The notes: generated by a model not told the origin, from the sequence alone. Positions 1 through 13,159 are shown, numbered from the stretch's first letter. The stretch: DNA of 64,000 nucleotides from Ascidiella aspersa (GCA_963924565.1 OZ004610.1:13082001-13146000), one strand, 5' to 3'. Numbers and translations are program-made.

Positions 1-3000
1 ATGAAAACCAAGGTTTTTAATCCACTCACAAAACGTAACGTTTGGAATTTGTCCGGTGTCTTCCAGTAAAAAAAAATCTTTCCAACTTATCCGCAGTTCC
101 ATCAATATTACTTTGACTCTTGTGTATATCATGCGAACATAGCCTCCATAGCTGAATAAACAATCGCAATACATTAGGCGTATTGTCGCGATGACGCACT
201 TTCTATATTACAGGCGGCCCGATCTAGTTTTGTACCGCTTTTAAACCCATGGGAAATTATGCGGCCTGTATTGTCGTCCGGATGCAACGAAAAAGTACGC
301 TTTGTGTGTGTATATGTATGCGCGGCAGCAATCTGCGATTTGTCACGCAAACATGGTGCAGCCAAACAAATTTTAAACCTCCCGAGAATGGAGGTTGTGA
401 TTATTGGGCCATTCAAACAAAACAACATAAAAAGCCACCAATCGACAGGCTCAATAAAATCATAATTATTAACGACACTATACGGTAGAACGAATCATAA
501 ATAAAAACAAAAGTTTCGTCGCGTTTGAACCCCCCTGCTCCATTCAGGCATTCACCTGTCAACCTCGCACGGCAACGTTGTCCGCATACAGTATTTACTC
601 CTGTGGGACACTTGCCAATTTCACGGGCTTGCATCAGACTGCCGTACACAACAAAGAAACTATGAAGATCTTATCAAAAGTCTATATACACTGGATGGGG
701 ACGCTCCAGTTCGATCTTAGACCTGGGACTTAAATAACAAAAAGGATAGCCTCATAATCCACCAAGAATTGAATGTGTGCATATGAAACCATGTGATAAT
801 AAGTTAGAATATTACTGCGCGCTCTAGCATTAAATATTCATGCAATATATTTGCCATCGCCAGGATGTTATTATAGAGTGCACAATATCTTGCTTCGGGG
901 CGCCATATTATTGTAAAATGGATTTTCCTTGTTTTAAAGTTCGTTTTTTGAAACAGATATATGACTGTGACAACAACGAAATACATAAAAACAATTATAA
1001 ACGGATATTTTTTTTACTTGTGTGTGTTTTAAAATGTGGTCTTGTCAATCAAACTAGACGCATTGTTTCGCTTTTCTCCTCGATGATACCAACGCCTGTA
1101 ATGGTTAGTTTGCATACTGCCTCGTAGTTTGCTGAATTTTTCCGAACCTTGCGAGGTACGTTTTATTATCGGCGGCGCCATAAAACTGCCCATTATCAAA
1201 ACGGGAATTCTTAGTGGTTGATATTGTACTACTTGCCTGTTTTATTGCGAAAGAAAACGTAAAATACGCAGCGCTTTTACGCAGAACGGTTTATCAGCGA
1301 ATTCTTGTACAACGAGGACTTTTATAGCGCGCAAGGCAAATAACAACATTAACGGTACACTTTTCAGTATGCTCAGACTTGTCAAAGGCAATTGGAGCCG
1401 TTTTGGTTTTCTCAATAGTAAATTCAAACCGATCTAAATATTACTTTGAACTAATGCTTCACCTGACACCATCCACACCAGAATGTCAGTCAGGTTACTA
1501 AAAATAGTACGCATTTTTTTCACATACCGGTATTTTGACTGAATAATAGCTTTAAAAATCACCCAAAACAAGATGCGCCCGCTCTCGCGTCTTTCAATTC
1601 GGTAAAGTGCAACACCAAGTTGAATCCCACAGCTTTCGGGTCCTCTGCTAGACCATGACCAACTTAAAAAAAATGCATTAAACTCAATCAACAAACAAAA
1701 CCAGGTAAACGGACACCGGTCAAAATCACAGGCCGGTGGATTTTATTTGCGTACCTACACACCGACAGGCGCGTTAACTAGGACGCCAAAACGCGTTTCA
1801 ATTAAAGCCAAAACGCATGCGTCAACTTCCGCTTCAACCGCGCGACGATCTTTGTACGCCAGGTTTCGCCGCAAACCGTTTTTGTTTCGCGCGTTTGTTT
1901 GTGCGAGTGGCAATTTTTCCGTTTTTGTGTGGCATCCGGAAGTTTGTCGAAACTCTGAACCGTGCAAATAGGTGTGTGTGTGTGCTGTGGCGTATTTCGA
2001 CAAGCGCCGCCACGTACAATTCAAAGGCACATGACCCAGCTTTCGAAAAACGTCACCAAAATTTGCGCCAACAAATACGTTGTAAACCTTCTTGAACAAA
2101 AACACAGCTTCTAAGTTTAGAATCACTATGGACCTCCGTATGTTTTTTAAGGCATTTGCAAACAAAATCTCTTGATATTGTATCTACAAAACTACTCGTC
2201 GAACTCACTTTTCCTAAAATATCAACTTTCCAGGAACCCTTTCTCGTGTTTCTTTTTTATTGCAAATATTAACGCCAATGAAAAGCTTCAATTTGAGGGC
2301 GCGCTCAACTTTCCGATTATGGCTCTTGCCTAAAACGGTATCAGCCAATTGCAATTTCGTGCAATAACTCCGATCTACTCCAATGCCGGAGGTCTCTAAA
2401 TCGACAATCACGAGGAACAGATAAAAACGACCGTTTTTTTTTTCGGGCTCGATTCTCGTCACCCGAGTTGCGCCTCAAACGAAAAATGACTCGCATTTTC
2501 TTGGTTAAACATATACAGAGCACACACACTCGCACACACAAACATACAGCAGGTTACGCGGGACAATAGGGGGACATGAAAGGGTCGTTTGCATTCCTTT
2601 GTGCCTCGTGTGTGTGATGGGCCTTGCCCAGCGTTCGGCGGGCCGCTCGAGGCCCGTGTTAAAACGCCCTGAATGGCCTCGTTTGTTGATCGTGACAATA
2701 TTGCGACAAGTCGCCGGGGCAAGATCGAACGACGGGACGTCATAAAGGCGAAACGTCATCGCGGTAATAAACAAACAACCGTAAACACCTGTGTATATGG
2801 TTTCGCCGCTGCGCCTTAAAGTAAACAGGCGCAAATCGAGCGCGGCGCTATTGTGCGCAGCGTTGTCGCTTGACGGGGCCTTTATCGAATCGGGGGCGTT
2901 TGTTTACCCAGAAACCCCGCGTGGGGGTGGCGGCGCTCCATATACAGGCGGGCCGCGTCCAGGCGACAACAGGGCCGCTATAGAAACAGGCAACTCACAC

Positions 3001-3082
3001 CGATCAATAGGGGCCATTGGGAGAGCAAAATACCTCGTCGGCACACAACACATACACAGAACAAGACAACACAAGCACACAT

Positions 3083-3102
3083 TATATATATATATATATA
3101 TA
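3083..3102. repeat. (TA)n microsatellite
   Basis: About 9-10 TA units. Confidence 0.8.
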
Positions 3103-6100
3103 GCGGTGGCAGTGTATAGCGACGGTAGTGCGGTGCGCGCACAGAGCTGTGTACCATTATTTATTTATAAACACTGTTTTCACAGAGCGAAACTTCCATG
3201 TGGCGGGCAAACAATTGTCCCGGCGCCTAATGAAATTACGGATCAACGCGCTGCGACGAGCTAGGGTGAAAACGCGCATTCCACATTCACAACGGAGAAG
3301 CGCGATGTTGTAGGCATTGGCAACTAACGCCGATAATATCTTTCCGTCACCTTCCGTCGAGAGAGCTTACTTAATCGCGCTGGAAAACGAGTAACCGGAA
3401 TTTTCGTTCGCGCTGAGCACCAAATGACTTTTTGTGGATTTAGCGAAACACAGACAGTTATAAGATTCTGAGCAGCGAGATCAACACATTGCTTTAAATA
3501 AAATATTTTTTTTTAATCTTTGGTAATCAACCCTTAACAATCTTCATCTTCACCTATTGTTTTACTGAATGGGTGCATCATTTCTCATTAAACGGTTTTG
3601 GTGCGATTTTCGATAATATAGCAATTTGCAGTAAAAAGCATTACATGAAACGTTTTACTCAAGGAAATAACAGGAGTGCATGATCGCAACACGATGGCAA
3701 TTTTTTAACTATAGGTAAAAACTAAAAATATATAAATAAATAGGCTAAAAAAATTTCAACATTATTAGTGACGATGTCGTGAGACAAATTTCTAAAAACC
3801 AATGAAAGAGGCAACAAGAGCTAAATTATTTGACAAACAGAGTCAGAGTCAACTTTTTTTTAAGAACATTATGAGACCACAAATGATAACACGCTAAAAC
3901 ACTGTAATACACTGTTATTAAACACAAGATAAAGCGAAAGTTAGCTACCCATAAAGCGTCGTTAAAACATTTTCTCGATCACGGGAATTACGTCATAGGG
4001 CATTGGCGCGACAATGACGACAGCCAGACTGTGCTTTGCAGTCACGATAAGATTATGGATACCACGTGTTCCTGGGCAGACGACCAACAACCAGGGCAAT
4101 TTGTTATATGTAACAGTGTGAATATCTTAGATAGTCATGTTAACACATTTTCGACATATTAATGAATTACGTAATACCTGAAAGCCAACTTTTATACCTG
4201 TTCTAATGCTGTTTACGATCCAAGGGTTTCCTTAACTTGCATTCAGATGTTTTTTCTAACCGACACGCTTGTACTTCTAATCGACTCGCCATTTCTCCAG
4301 GGTAGCAGACTGAAAGGCATATTTCCTCGTGAAAATAAAACAACTAACGGTGACTAACTACGGTCAGTTTTAGCGGAATCTATTCCTCGAAATGGAGAAG
4401 TGACCTTTTCTAGATCGCATAAAGTAGTGTTTAGCTTTCTTACTCATCGTGTTGATTTTACAGGGAAAGGAATATTAGCCGCCCGTCCTGTTTAGTTCGC
4501 GTCATCCATAATGACTTGTCGTTTTCTTTCAGCGAGGAACAAATAAAAATACGCAATCTTCAAATACTGGTTTTCACGTGGTTTACTTTTACAACAGCAA
4601 ATATCGTCTGGATTTAGTGAAAATCGACCGTACGTGGCCATTTCGATTCCAGCCAGATCTGTTGGCCGCCTGCCTCGCCCAAGTACAAAACGCAACTAAC
4701 AAACACGACGCACACACATCGGCACGATGCCTGCCGTGTGCTACTGCTGCGGCTGCTGTGTTTGGGAGCTTTCTTGTTTGTTCTCGATGGATGCCGGCGG
4801 GGGAAAAACGGGGCGCGTCGATGTATTCCAAACAAGTGTGTTGTAACAGCGTTGACAAGTTGATGCGGCGGCGATACAGGGGGAGGCAGGGAGGGAGCGC
4901 GATCCAACGGCCGGCCAACGGCGGTAACGACACACACGCGCTCTTCCCCGGTGCACCGCTCTCTCCCTCTTTATCCCTGTAGCGTTCAAGTTGTGTTTGT
5001 CGCCTGGCGAGTTGAGCCCGATGACGAGCGCCTCTCACACCAACAGTTGACAAACAAACACGGACAGCGACGCGCCACGATCGTCAAGGGTGCTTCAATC
5101 GACGATAGACGGGAAAGGCTGGGTGCGCCAGGGCCTGTGAGAGATATCTTTCGCCAGGGGCACGCAGGCTTCTTTCCTCGGCCAATACGGCCACGTTGTC
5201 TGTGGCGCGAGACTCCTCTTTGCCCACACACATCGCAGGCCCTGTGCCGTCAAAAGCGAGTGTAGATGACGCTCAGCGCCGAAAGCGTTGCTATTTAGGG
5301 CTCCTGGGCTTCCTTTTTGCTGTGACGTTTATCCGAAGCAGGATAATTATAACTTTTAAACAGATAAACTATGTGAATGGGTTTAAAATATGTTGTCGGG
5401 CTTCCAGCCATTCGTGATAAAGGCTACAGAGAGAAGCTGCCATTCAGGAACCCTTCTATAGTTTTGTAGTAAAACAATCATGCTTAAAAATGTGAGCAAA
5501 TCGGAAATTGCTTGATAATTGCAATTATCAAAGGGTTGTTACAAATATAAAAAAACAAATAGAGTAATAATAGGCTAATGTTTTAAAGTCTGTCGTACAA
5601 TCTGACTACACCATTATTCTTAATGCACATAATGGGAAAAAGCATATAAAACATGTAGGTCTATACCGGTTTAGTTCATTGGCACTCCACCAATTTATAT
5701 CTTTCTATAAAAAAATGTTAAATATGACAGATTTAATTTATTATGGTGTTTCAACAAAGTCTTCTCACCATTTTTCTCATTCAAAACATTATCAAAAAAC
5801 ATAAGATTTTTCTTTCGTTCAAACACAACTTTATAGTCAAAATACAGTTTCGTGTTTATTCAGTCGCACATCCCCGAAATCAACAACGCGTACTTGCGTC
5901 AAGATTTATTGCAATCCTTGTATGACGTTCCTCCAAACTAAGAATGCAAATTTAAGCAACGGGCGAAGTTCAACCGCTGTTGAAACACAAACTTGGGTAA
6001 CTGGGGGGAAGAGGGAAACAGAGGCGTCGGGCGTTGTTTGATGACCCTTACCTCTTTCGTCGTCACCACAGCACCTGATTCAGCAGCGTTGTCAAAACAC

Positions 6101-7590
6101 CTTCGAAACAATGCGGTAAACTAGAACTGATTGGAATTTGAATAGCGGTTCGTTTTGTGCTAAAAACACTCGTTTCCGCATGTTACAGGCCAACAATTGA
6201 TTCATTTGAAAGTAGCTGGCGCCAGGAACGATTCAAATAAAGTTTTTCAAATTTTAACAGGGGCTTATAGAAAATAAATTAATTTGGTGAACCGAATACG
6301 TTTTTTCATATACGGTAAACAAAATAAATTCGAACTAAGTTTGAATATAACAATTAGGGGTCTATCGTTTGCCACAAACTACATACATCTCCATATTCCC
6401 GTTCCCCTACTCAACAATATACAAGGCTAGCTATTAGCTAAAGTGCCCTTTATTAGCCGTTAAAACCGCAAAAGAACAAATATACGGGATATGCCGAAGA
6501 CAATAGCCGCGGCCGATATTAGACGGCAAAACACGTGCTCGGCACAAATCGGCAGAACACCGGTTCCCTTTATCTGTCTCGCAAGTACACAACAGCGGCG
6601 ACGGGACAGAGGGGTTCAGCGAGAGGGGGAGTGAATTGGGGCGATAACACCCCGAGAAGGCGACACACCCCGCAAAACAAAAAACACGGCAAACAAGGCC
6701 GGTGCGCGCAAACACCATCCCGGGCAAAACGCGGGAGGCCGTGAGACAATTAATCACCCCCGGTCACCGCAAATGGCCGCGCTTTCAGGGGCGACAATGG
6801 AAATCGAGTGTGATATTTCGCCCGAGGCATTATGCCACAAATACAGGGAAAAAACACAACCGGGGCGCTTATCGCCAGTCGCGTTTGAAGCGTCGGCCCG
6901 TAGCGGGCGGAACCGCGGAGAAAAGGACTTTATTTGCTCTTGCCCGATCGCAAAACACATCTATTGTCGTATCCTGGGCGCGATCCGTGCGCGCATTTGC
7001 TTGTGGCCTTTCAAAGCGAGAGTTATGTTATTTATTTTCGCCTGTCATCAAAGGTTTATTAAAATCTTCGAGTAGACGGGAGAGGGGTGGCCGGCGATTA
7101 ATCACGGCACGCCGCCGCCCGCAACAAAAGCGCGAGACTTTCTCACCGATCGGCCGAAAGCCGTTCCGGCCAAGATGCCACACAACACGAGTTTTTTTAG
7201 TTTACTTGCTTGCCGTAGCATTTCTTCATCTTTTCTAGTGGTAAGCTTAACAAACAGGGTCTTTACAAGGTGGGACGCATGTTGTGCGCGTCGGTTCAAG
7301 CAGAACTGCTGGTGTGTTGCGTTGGCACCGAACAAAAGACTGAGTGCTGTTACTAACGTATGCACAATCTCTCCATATTATTATTCGTTAGCCACGAACA
7401 AACCTTTGCGATTGTCGACGATTCACACTCCTCGTCACTTTGAATTGAAATTCTTTGCGTTTTGAGCAATCGAAGAGCAAAATACAGAACTTATTGCAAA
7501 AATAATGATTAAACTACTTGTACATTACTTTAAAACACTTTTTTGCCCTAACAGGGCCAGTCGACCCAGGTTTCTTGTAGTACACTAGTG

Positions 7591-7846
7591 CAGTGCTTCT
7601 TCACTAGTGTTCAACTCTTTTAGTTTTGTTCACCCCTAGCATCTATCTCCAGATTTCATTCACCCTTGTCTCATGATATGATAAAACTATCTCGTCTAAA
7701 TATAAAAGCACAAAATGACTTGGGTTGTTTTGCAATCTATCATCGATTTCTGACGGTTCACCCTTATTCCGCCCTTTTGTTTGGTTTACCCCTGCAAAAA
7801 TGTTATTCACCCGGGGGTGAACCATTCACCTGTTGAAGAAACACTG
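7591..7846. mobile_element. hAT (Buster/Charlie-type) MITE
   Basis: TIRs CAGTGCTTCTTCA...TGAAGAAACACTG; 8-bp TSD cactagtg/cactagcg; related to 51362-51806. Confidence 0.85.
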
Positions 7847-8233
7847 CACTAGCGCATTCACGACTCTTTCTAAATCTAATGAAACAACTTTCTAATTCTA
7901 ACTTATGCAAACGATTCGCTGATAGTACACGCATTATGTATGCTTTATGATGTCACGAAAGACAACATAAAACACGGTTTATTATTGAATATTAAAGCAT
8001 AACTAAACACTATAATAATGATGGCAGATGTTTAGAAACATTCGCTAACTTGGCTCATGGCTACTTCATGGTGGTTTTTGAAATAATCTAGTTGTATGTT
8101 ATGACCTTGAAATCAAGTAATATACTTTAAATTATTCCCCGGCTACCACCGTTAAAAACGGTTTCTGAATGAGAAATTCCCTTCTTCAAACCAAATGTGG
8201 AAACCCTGTTCACGTTTGGTGATCGTCCATGGA

Positions 8234-9394
8234 CAGGGGCGCCCGCAGAAATTTTTCCAGGGGGGGGCAATCAGGGGCGTAACCAGAAAATCAAAAAGAG
8301 GGTAATGAATTCTCAACTTAGGGAATTCCCCTATTTTTCGTCTGACGTAAATGAATAATGACGTCATAAAACAGTAGCAATATGACGTCATAGAATGGTG
8401 ATTTCAAGACGTGATAAAAAAAATCAGAAACAGCCAAATACGTCCAGCAAAAGCGAGCACGTGCGTCGTCGACAATCCTATCAGGCGCCAGCTGCGAAAC
8501 CACAGTGTGCAATCGTTAACTTCAGGCGAAAAAATAAACCAAAACCATGAAATATGAGTGATTAATTGTAGTAGATTAATACATAATTCGACCAGAAGCG
8601 CAGTTTTCAAGTTCCATGAACGTAACGAGCGCTAAATTACAAGCATGGCTTTCACCACGTGCAATACTAAACGAAGATCGTTTTTACCGGGTTTTATTAT
8701 GCCAGGATCAGCGCAACATCTGTGCCAAGTCAGCTAAATTACAAGCTGCGATTGAGGGGAAATAAGTTGTGTCCATTGCACAGCACGTGGTCTTAGAGTA
8801 TGCTTAAAGAGTAAATTTTGCGTTAACTATCATTACTTAAAAATGGAGGTTTTGAAACGCGCGCGACAGTCACCATTATACCTCCTTTTAAGAATCTGCT
8901 TCAGTTAAACAAATGTCGATGCTACACCAACATCGGATATTAGCGCAGAGACCGAACAACGAGCAACATACTGCGTATAACTCGACGTTTTTTAGCGAGT
9001 ATAAAATAAATAAGGTTTGACTTAGCGTTGTCAATTGTCGAATACACACTTGCTAATCAGTCAACCTAAACCTAAACAAATAATGAAAGAGAAAAACTAT
9101 CCAGCGTTTACGGTCGACCAACTAAAGACGAAAACGGCGTTTTGTGCTCAATTTTGGTTTCGCATTAGATTAAGACGCGTGACCCAATTACCCAAAAAAC
9201 GATAATATCACTTACAAAAAGGGGGGTAAGAACTCCCCCCCCCCCTGGATACGCCACTGGGGGCAATGGATAGTGTATAATATTTTTAACCTTTATAAGT
9301 AATACATATTACACTTACAAATAATACTAATAATCGCATTTTGAAATTCCAGGGGAGCAAGTGCCCCCCTTTCCCCCCCGTGCGGGCGCCCATG
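8234..9394 (+). mobile_element. Composite non-autonomous hAT-like element, copy 1 (about 165-bp outer MITE carrying a nested 988-bp element)
   Basis: Outer TIRs CAGGGGCGCCCGCA...TGCGGGCGCCCATG; TSD tccatgga/tccatggc; second inverted copy at 52192-53360. Confidence 0.92.
8272..9259 (+). mobile_element. Nested inner hAT-like MITE
   Basis: TIRs CAGGGGCGTAACCAG...CTGGATACGCCACTG; perfect 8-bp TSD ggggcaat at 8264-8271 and 9260-9267. Confidence 0.9.
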
Positions 9395-10832
9395 TCCATG
9401 GCTCGATGCTGGTTAATGCGCTGGTAGAAATCCTACCACAATTTTGTCCGTGGGTTTATGACTTTTTTTGCAGCAAATGGAATATGATTGAAAATGCTGA
9501 AACTATTGTTGGGTGAAATGAATTAGAAACACCGCTGAAGTACAAACAATTCTATGTGGACTTCCCATATTGTGATTATAATGTGTACAAGCAAATATTG
9601 TGGGCTTTGTGAAAGCGATTACGCCACGCAGGCGTAAAAATTAACTATTTTTACGTTGATTAAAGTCTGGTGTTGTTAAATGGACATAAAGATAGGCATT
9701 CATTGTCGCGATAAAAATGTGTTTTTTTATTTTGATAATGGCAGCCCTGTTGGCTAAAGCCTAACCTAACGTTTCAAAACATAAAGACTAATTCTCATTG
9801 CGGACCATCTGAAACTGCTGTACGTACTCCAGTTTGGTAACCGCTGTTCCACCTGATCCTAACATTTTGGTGTAAGTTAGACTGTCACCTGGTTAAAACG
9901 CATTACATGCGCGTTCTAGAAAAAAATATATATTTGGTTGTTTAATTCTTTGAGAAGGATATTGTATTAAAATATGAGAAACAAATCTTAAATTAGCTAT
10001 ACCTGTCTGGCGTCTGCACTTAACAATGTTGTAAGGTTTATTTCACGTTTGTAAACTTGCCATGTCAAAATATCTAACATCGTGCAAGTGAAATTTACTA
10101 GGGGTGATCGACACAAGATCCAACGGTTGTGGCCACGCAACAAAATTACACTATGTAAGAACATTTTAATTCGCGCGAGACATCAGAGAAATAAAATAAC
10201 AACTACGTCCATTTTTCAAATTAAAAAATTTTTGATCGGCCAGGTGACTTCGAAAATACACACTCTTGAATTAAAAGTTTTGTTTTTTACTAGGCCATTC
10301 CAGTTTATTATTTACCAGGCTTTCATCTACTTTAATGTATTTAACTCAAAATTCCAGTTGCTTTTTGTGCACGACATCTAACGATAACCTCAGGATTGCC
10401 AAGGTTACTTAGTTTGGATGTCTCGTTATGACGTAAATTTGTAGCGGTATCTCTGCAAAAATACGTTCCGGTAGGAAAGTTTTTCATTGTTTCGATAAGA
10501 TTATTTTACGTGCGACCCTGTTTGACAGATACTTGGTAATCTTTTTTGTTGAAACTTGTAAAGTGTTTGACCCGCAAATCTTTCAAATCACCATAAAAAC
10601 ATAATTTTTAAAATGTTATGCAATGCATGTCAACAAAACAAACAAGGCCAACAAAGATTTGAGTGAACAACGTTAGTGGGGGCCTTGTTGGACATATGCG
10701 AGAAACCTTCCATTGGAGATGTTTTAGTGTCAGGTAAGCCAAAGTCGTATGCCACACATCCTGGTTGAATGGTAGCACAGTTGCAAGGTGGACATGTCCT
10801 TTGTATATAAACAAAACACAATACACTTTGTT

Positions 10833-13039
10833 TCAGTCTGTGGCTTTTTGACTTGTGTCCCTGGAACGATATATGACGCCACTTGCTTTTAAATCTCTGA
10901 TAATTGCAGAGGGCAATCTTCCAGTCACACTAATAGCGTAACAACCCGGCTTGAATTTTTCTGCAAAAGAAAATTGTTGCAGTGACATTTTCATACTTCT
11001 AACACACGTTTTATGTCTAAATTATAAGATACTGTAGGCACAAATAAACAGAAGCTTATCATACTTATTCTTTGCCATTTTGCAACCCAGCTGTCATCTG
11101 GACTCATCATTGAAATGAAGCTGAAATAAAACGACAAAAAAATAAAACAGGCTCTTTACGAAAAAACTGTACAAATTTGAAGCCAAAGCCTACAAAAATA
11201 TATTTATAGGTAAGGTAGTCTCTGTGTATTTGCTAATTGCGATTAATTATAATCTTTACAAGATACATTTTAAATACAGAGGAATTAGGTGGCACTGTAT
11301 AAAGACAAATTGTATTTGATTCTCGACAAGCTTTCGCACAACCGTGCTTCATCAGGTCAAAGTATAAATTTATACTTTGGTTGTGCGAAAGTTTGTCGAG
11401 AATTAAATACAATTTGTCTTTATACAGTGCCACCTGATTCCTCTATTTAGAATTAGACAAATACAGCCATATACAAAGATTTTAAATACAGTCTGTTATC
11501 ATGGTAAAATATTTCACAATGGACAAAAACAACTTAGGGTGTTGGCTGTTGGGATAAGACCTGCCTAATTTCTATAACTTTAATTTGTTTTCAAAAAGCG
11601 AAATCCAGGCTCATTTATGGCCACACTTGAGTAGTGTTGGGCCAAGTTATTAGTGCTTAAAATTATTGTAAACTCAGAATTATGTATAACATTACCTGAT
11701 AACATGTCACATATAAAGATATTAGCTATACAATATTTAAAGATATCAGCTATACAAGAAATTCAGAGTAACATAGCTCAATAACAACTTTATAATTGGG
11801 GTGTAAAAATGTTGCACATATATTAGCCACATATATTATTGATTCCCCAATGGTTTCTTTTGAAATGAGTCTGGTTCTCCAAGCCATTCCGCAACTTTCT
11901 TTATACCAAACATAATAATGATGCCAGATGTATAACTAAATTATGAAACATGTCCAACAGGGAATCCTAACAATAGTTGCCTAAACCACGACAGAATTTT
12001 ATTCATTTTCCAAAGAAAACCCTGTATTGTCAATAAAGTCTCAAATATATCTCACCCATCAAATGAGGAACTTGTGCAGTCATAAACCATGTCTCTGTTC
12101 CCTCTCATATGCAAGAACTCATCGCAGTTGTCACAACCATCGTATTCAAACTGGTCAATGGTCTGCAAAGAAAACATGATAAATGTGTAGTTTCCTATAC
12201 TATACAGCCCCGGTTGATATATATATAAAACTGCAAAGAGAATGTAAAAGCCAGCAAAAAGTGGTGAAGTTTAAAACGTCATAAAGCAACATGCAGCGAT
12301 GGCATATTGAAAGTATTTTGCAATAAAGATAAATTAGCAAAACATTTAGTCCATAAATTTCAAGCCTGCAAATGTACCTACATATAATATTAATGTTTTT
12401 TTTCTGGTGACCTGACTGCATTCCACAATTTGTAGCCGCCAAAGATTCAAGCCAAATATTTTTGCAGCTGAAATCCTACGCCAAAACTGGACAATATATA
12501 CGCCAAAAAAAAACTATTTTGTTTAGGCAAATTCTCAAGGCCAGAGATGTTTCACGCCAAATGACGTCACTGGCGTGATTTTGGGCAAACATTCCACGCC
12601 AAATATCTCTGGCGGGAAGGCACTGGAATGCAATCGGGCACTGGTGATCAACTTATTTATAGGACCTACATTCAAGGTTTATGTGAAAACAATTATTCCT
12701 ATTAAGTCAATAGGCACTACCCAAAGAATTTTATATTTTATGAAGTAGGTATTTGCCTAGATCTCTGGGTCTTGACACTATTCCAAATTTTTGTGTTTGC
12801 CTGGCGATTTTATTTTACAACTCTTTTTAATAATGTTACAAAAAAAGTGGTAGGATTCTAGACCAGCGCAATATTTTGCCCACAATGGTTGTTATACGAG
12901 ATGTCTGGCCAAGTAGTTTGGGTACAAAGTACAATGCTAAAAAATACAAAATGCTAACTAAGATAACCTTAACAAGAGAGCAGAGCAAACAGGCTCTTTG
13001 ATTGCGATGACTTTTGGGTACAGTTTCCATAGAAGCCAT
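10833..13039 (-). CDS. SUPT4H1: Transcription elongation factor SPT4 (DSIF small subunit), 4 coding exons, 120 aa
   Basis: Exons 13039-12968 ([24 protein letters not shown]), 12162-12056 ([13 protein letters not shown]...CTSSSFDG), 11120-11065 ([18 protein letters not shown]), 10960-10833 ([17 protein letters not shown]...[12 protein letters not shown]). All junctions GT-AG, phases consistent, total 363 nt. Closely matches Spt4, including the two CxxC zinc pairs. Confidence 0.98.
11278..11444. repeat. Near-perfect palindrome (hairpin MITE) in SUPT4H1 intron 2
   Basis: Arms of about 66 bp with 3 mismatches, a 14-nt one-sided bulge, and a perfect central palindrome caaagtataaa/tttatactttg. Confidence 0.9.
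12405..12644. mobile_element. Degenerate MITE in SUPT4H1 intron 1
   Basis: Imperfect TIRs gtgacctgactgcattcca...tggaatgcaatcgggcac and internal cgccaaa repeats; no clean TSD. Confidence 0.6.
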
Positions 13040-13159
13040 GACTACTTTCACAGGTTTTGTAAGCAATAACTGTGTTTAAACAAAAAATAATGAACATTTG
13101 TAAATTAAACCTTTCGTAGACAAAACTTTTATTTCTTTAAAATTTACACATAAGTATCA

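Noticed and set aside
413-649. ORF with a Cys-rich part and a hydrophobic tail, resembling a small membrane protein
   Set aside because: In-frame stop just upstream, no family match recognised, and the hydrophobic tail is simply T-rich sequence beyond a likely donor.
6124-6135. gaactgattgga matches the 3' half of miR-217
   Set aside because: The seed does not match and no hairpin is evident.
9955-9962. Minus-strand ATATCCTT, a U12-type donor
   Set aside because: Not at an exon boundary and expected by chance; all assembled introns are GT-AG.
12846-12858. agtggtaggattc resembles a tRNA D-arm/A-box
   Set aside because: No B-box or cloverleaf follows in either copy, so it is not a tRNA or an obvious tRNA-SINE.
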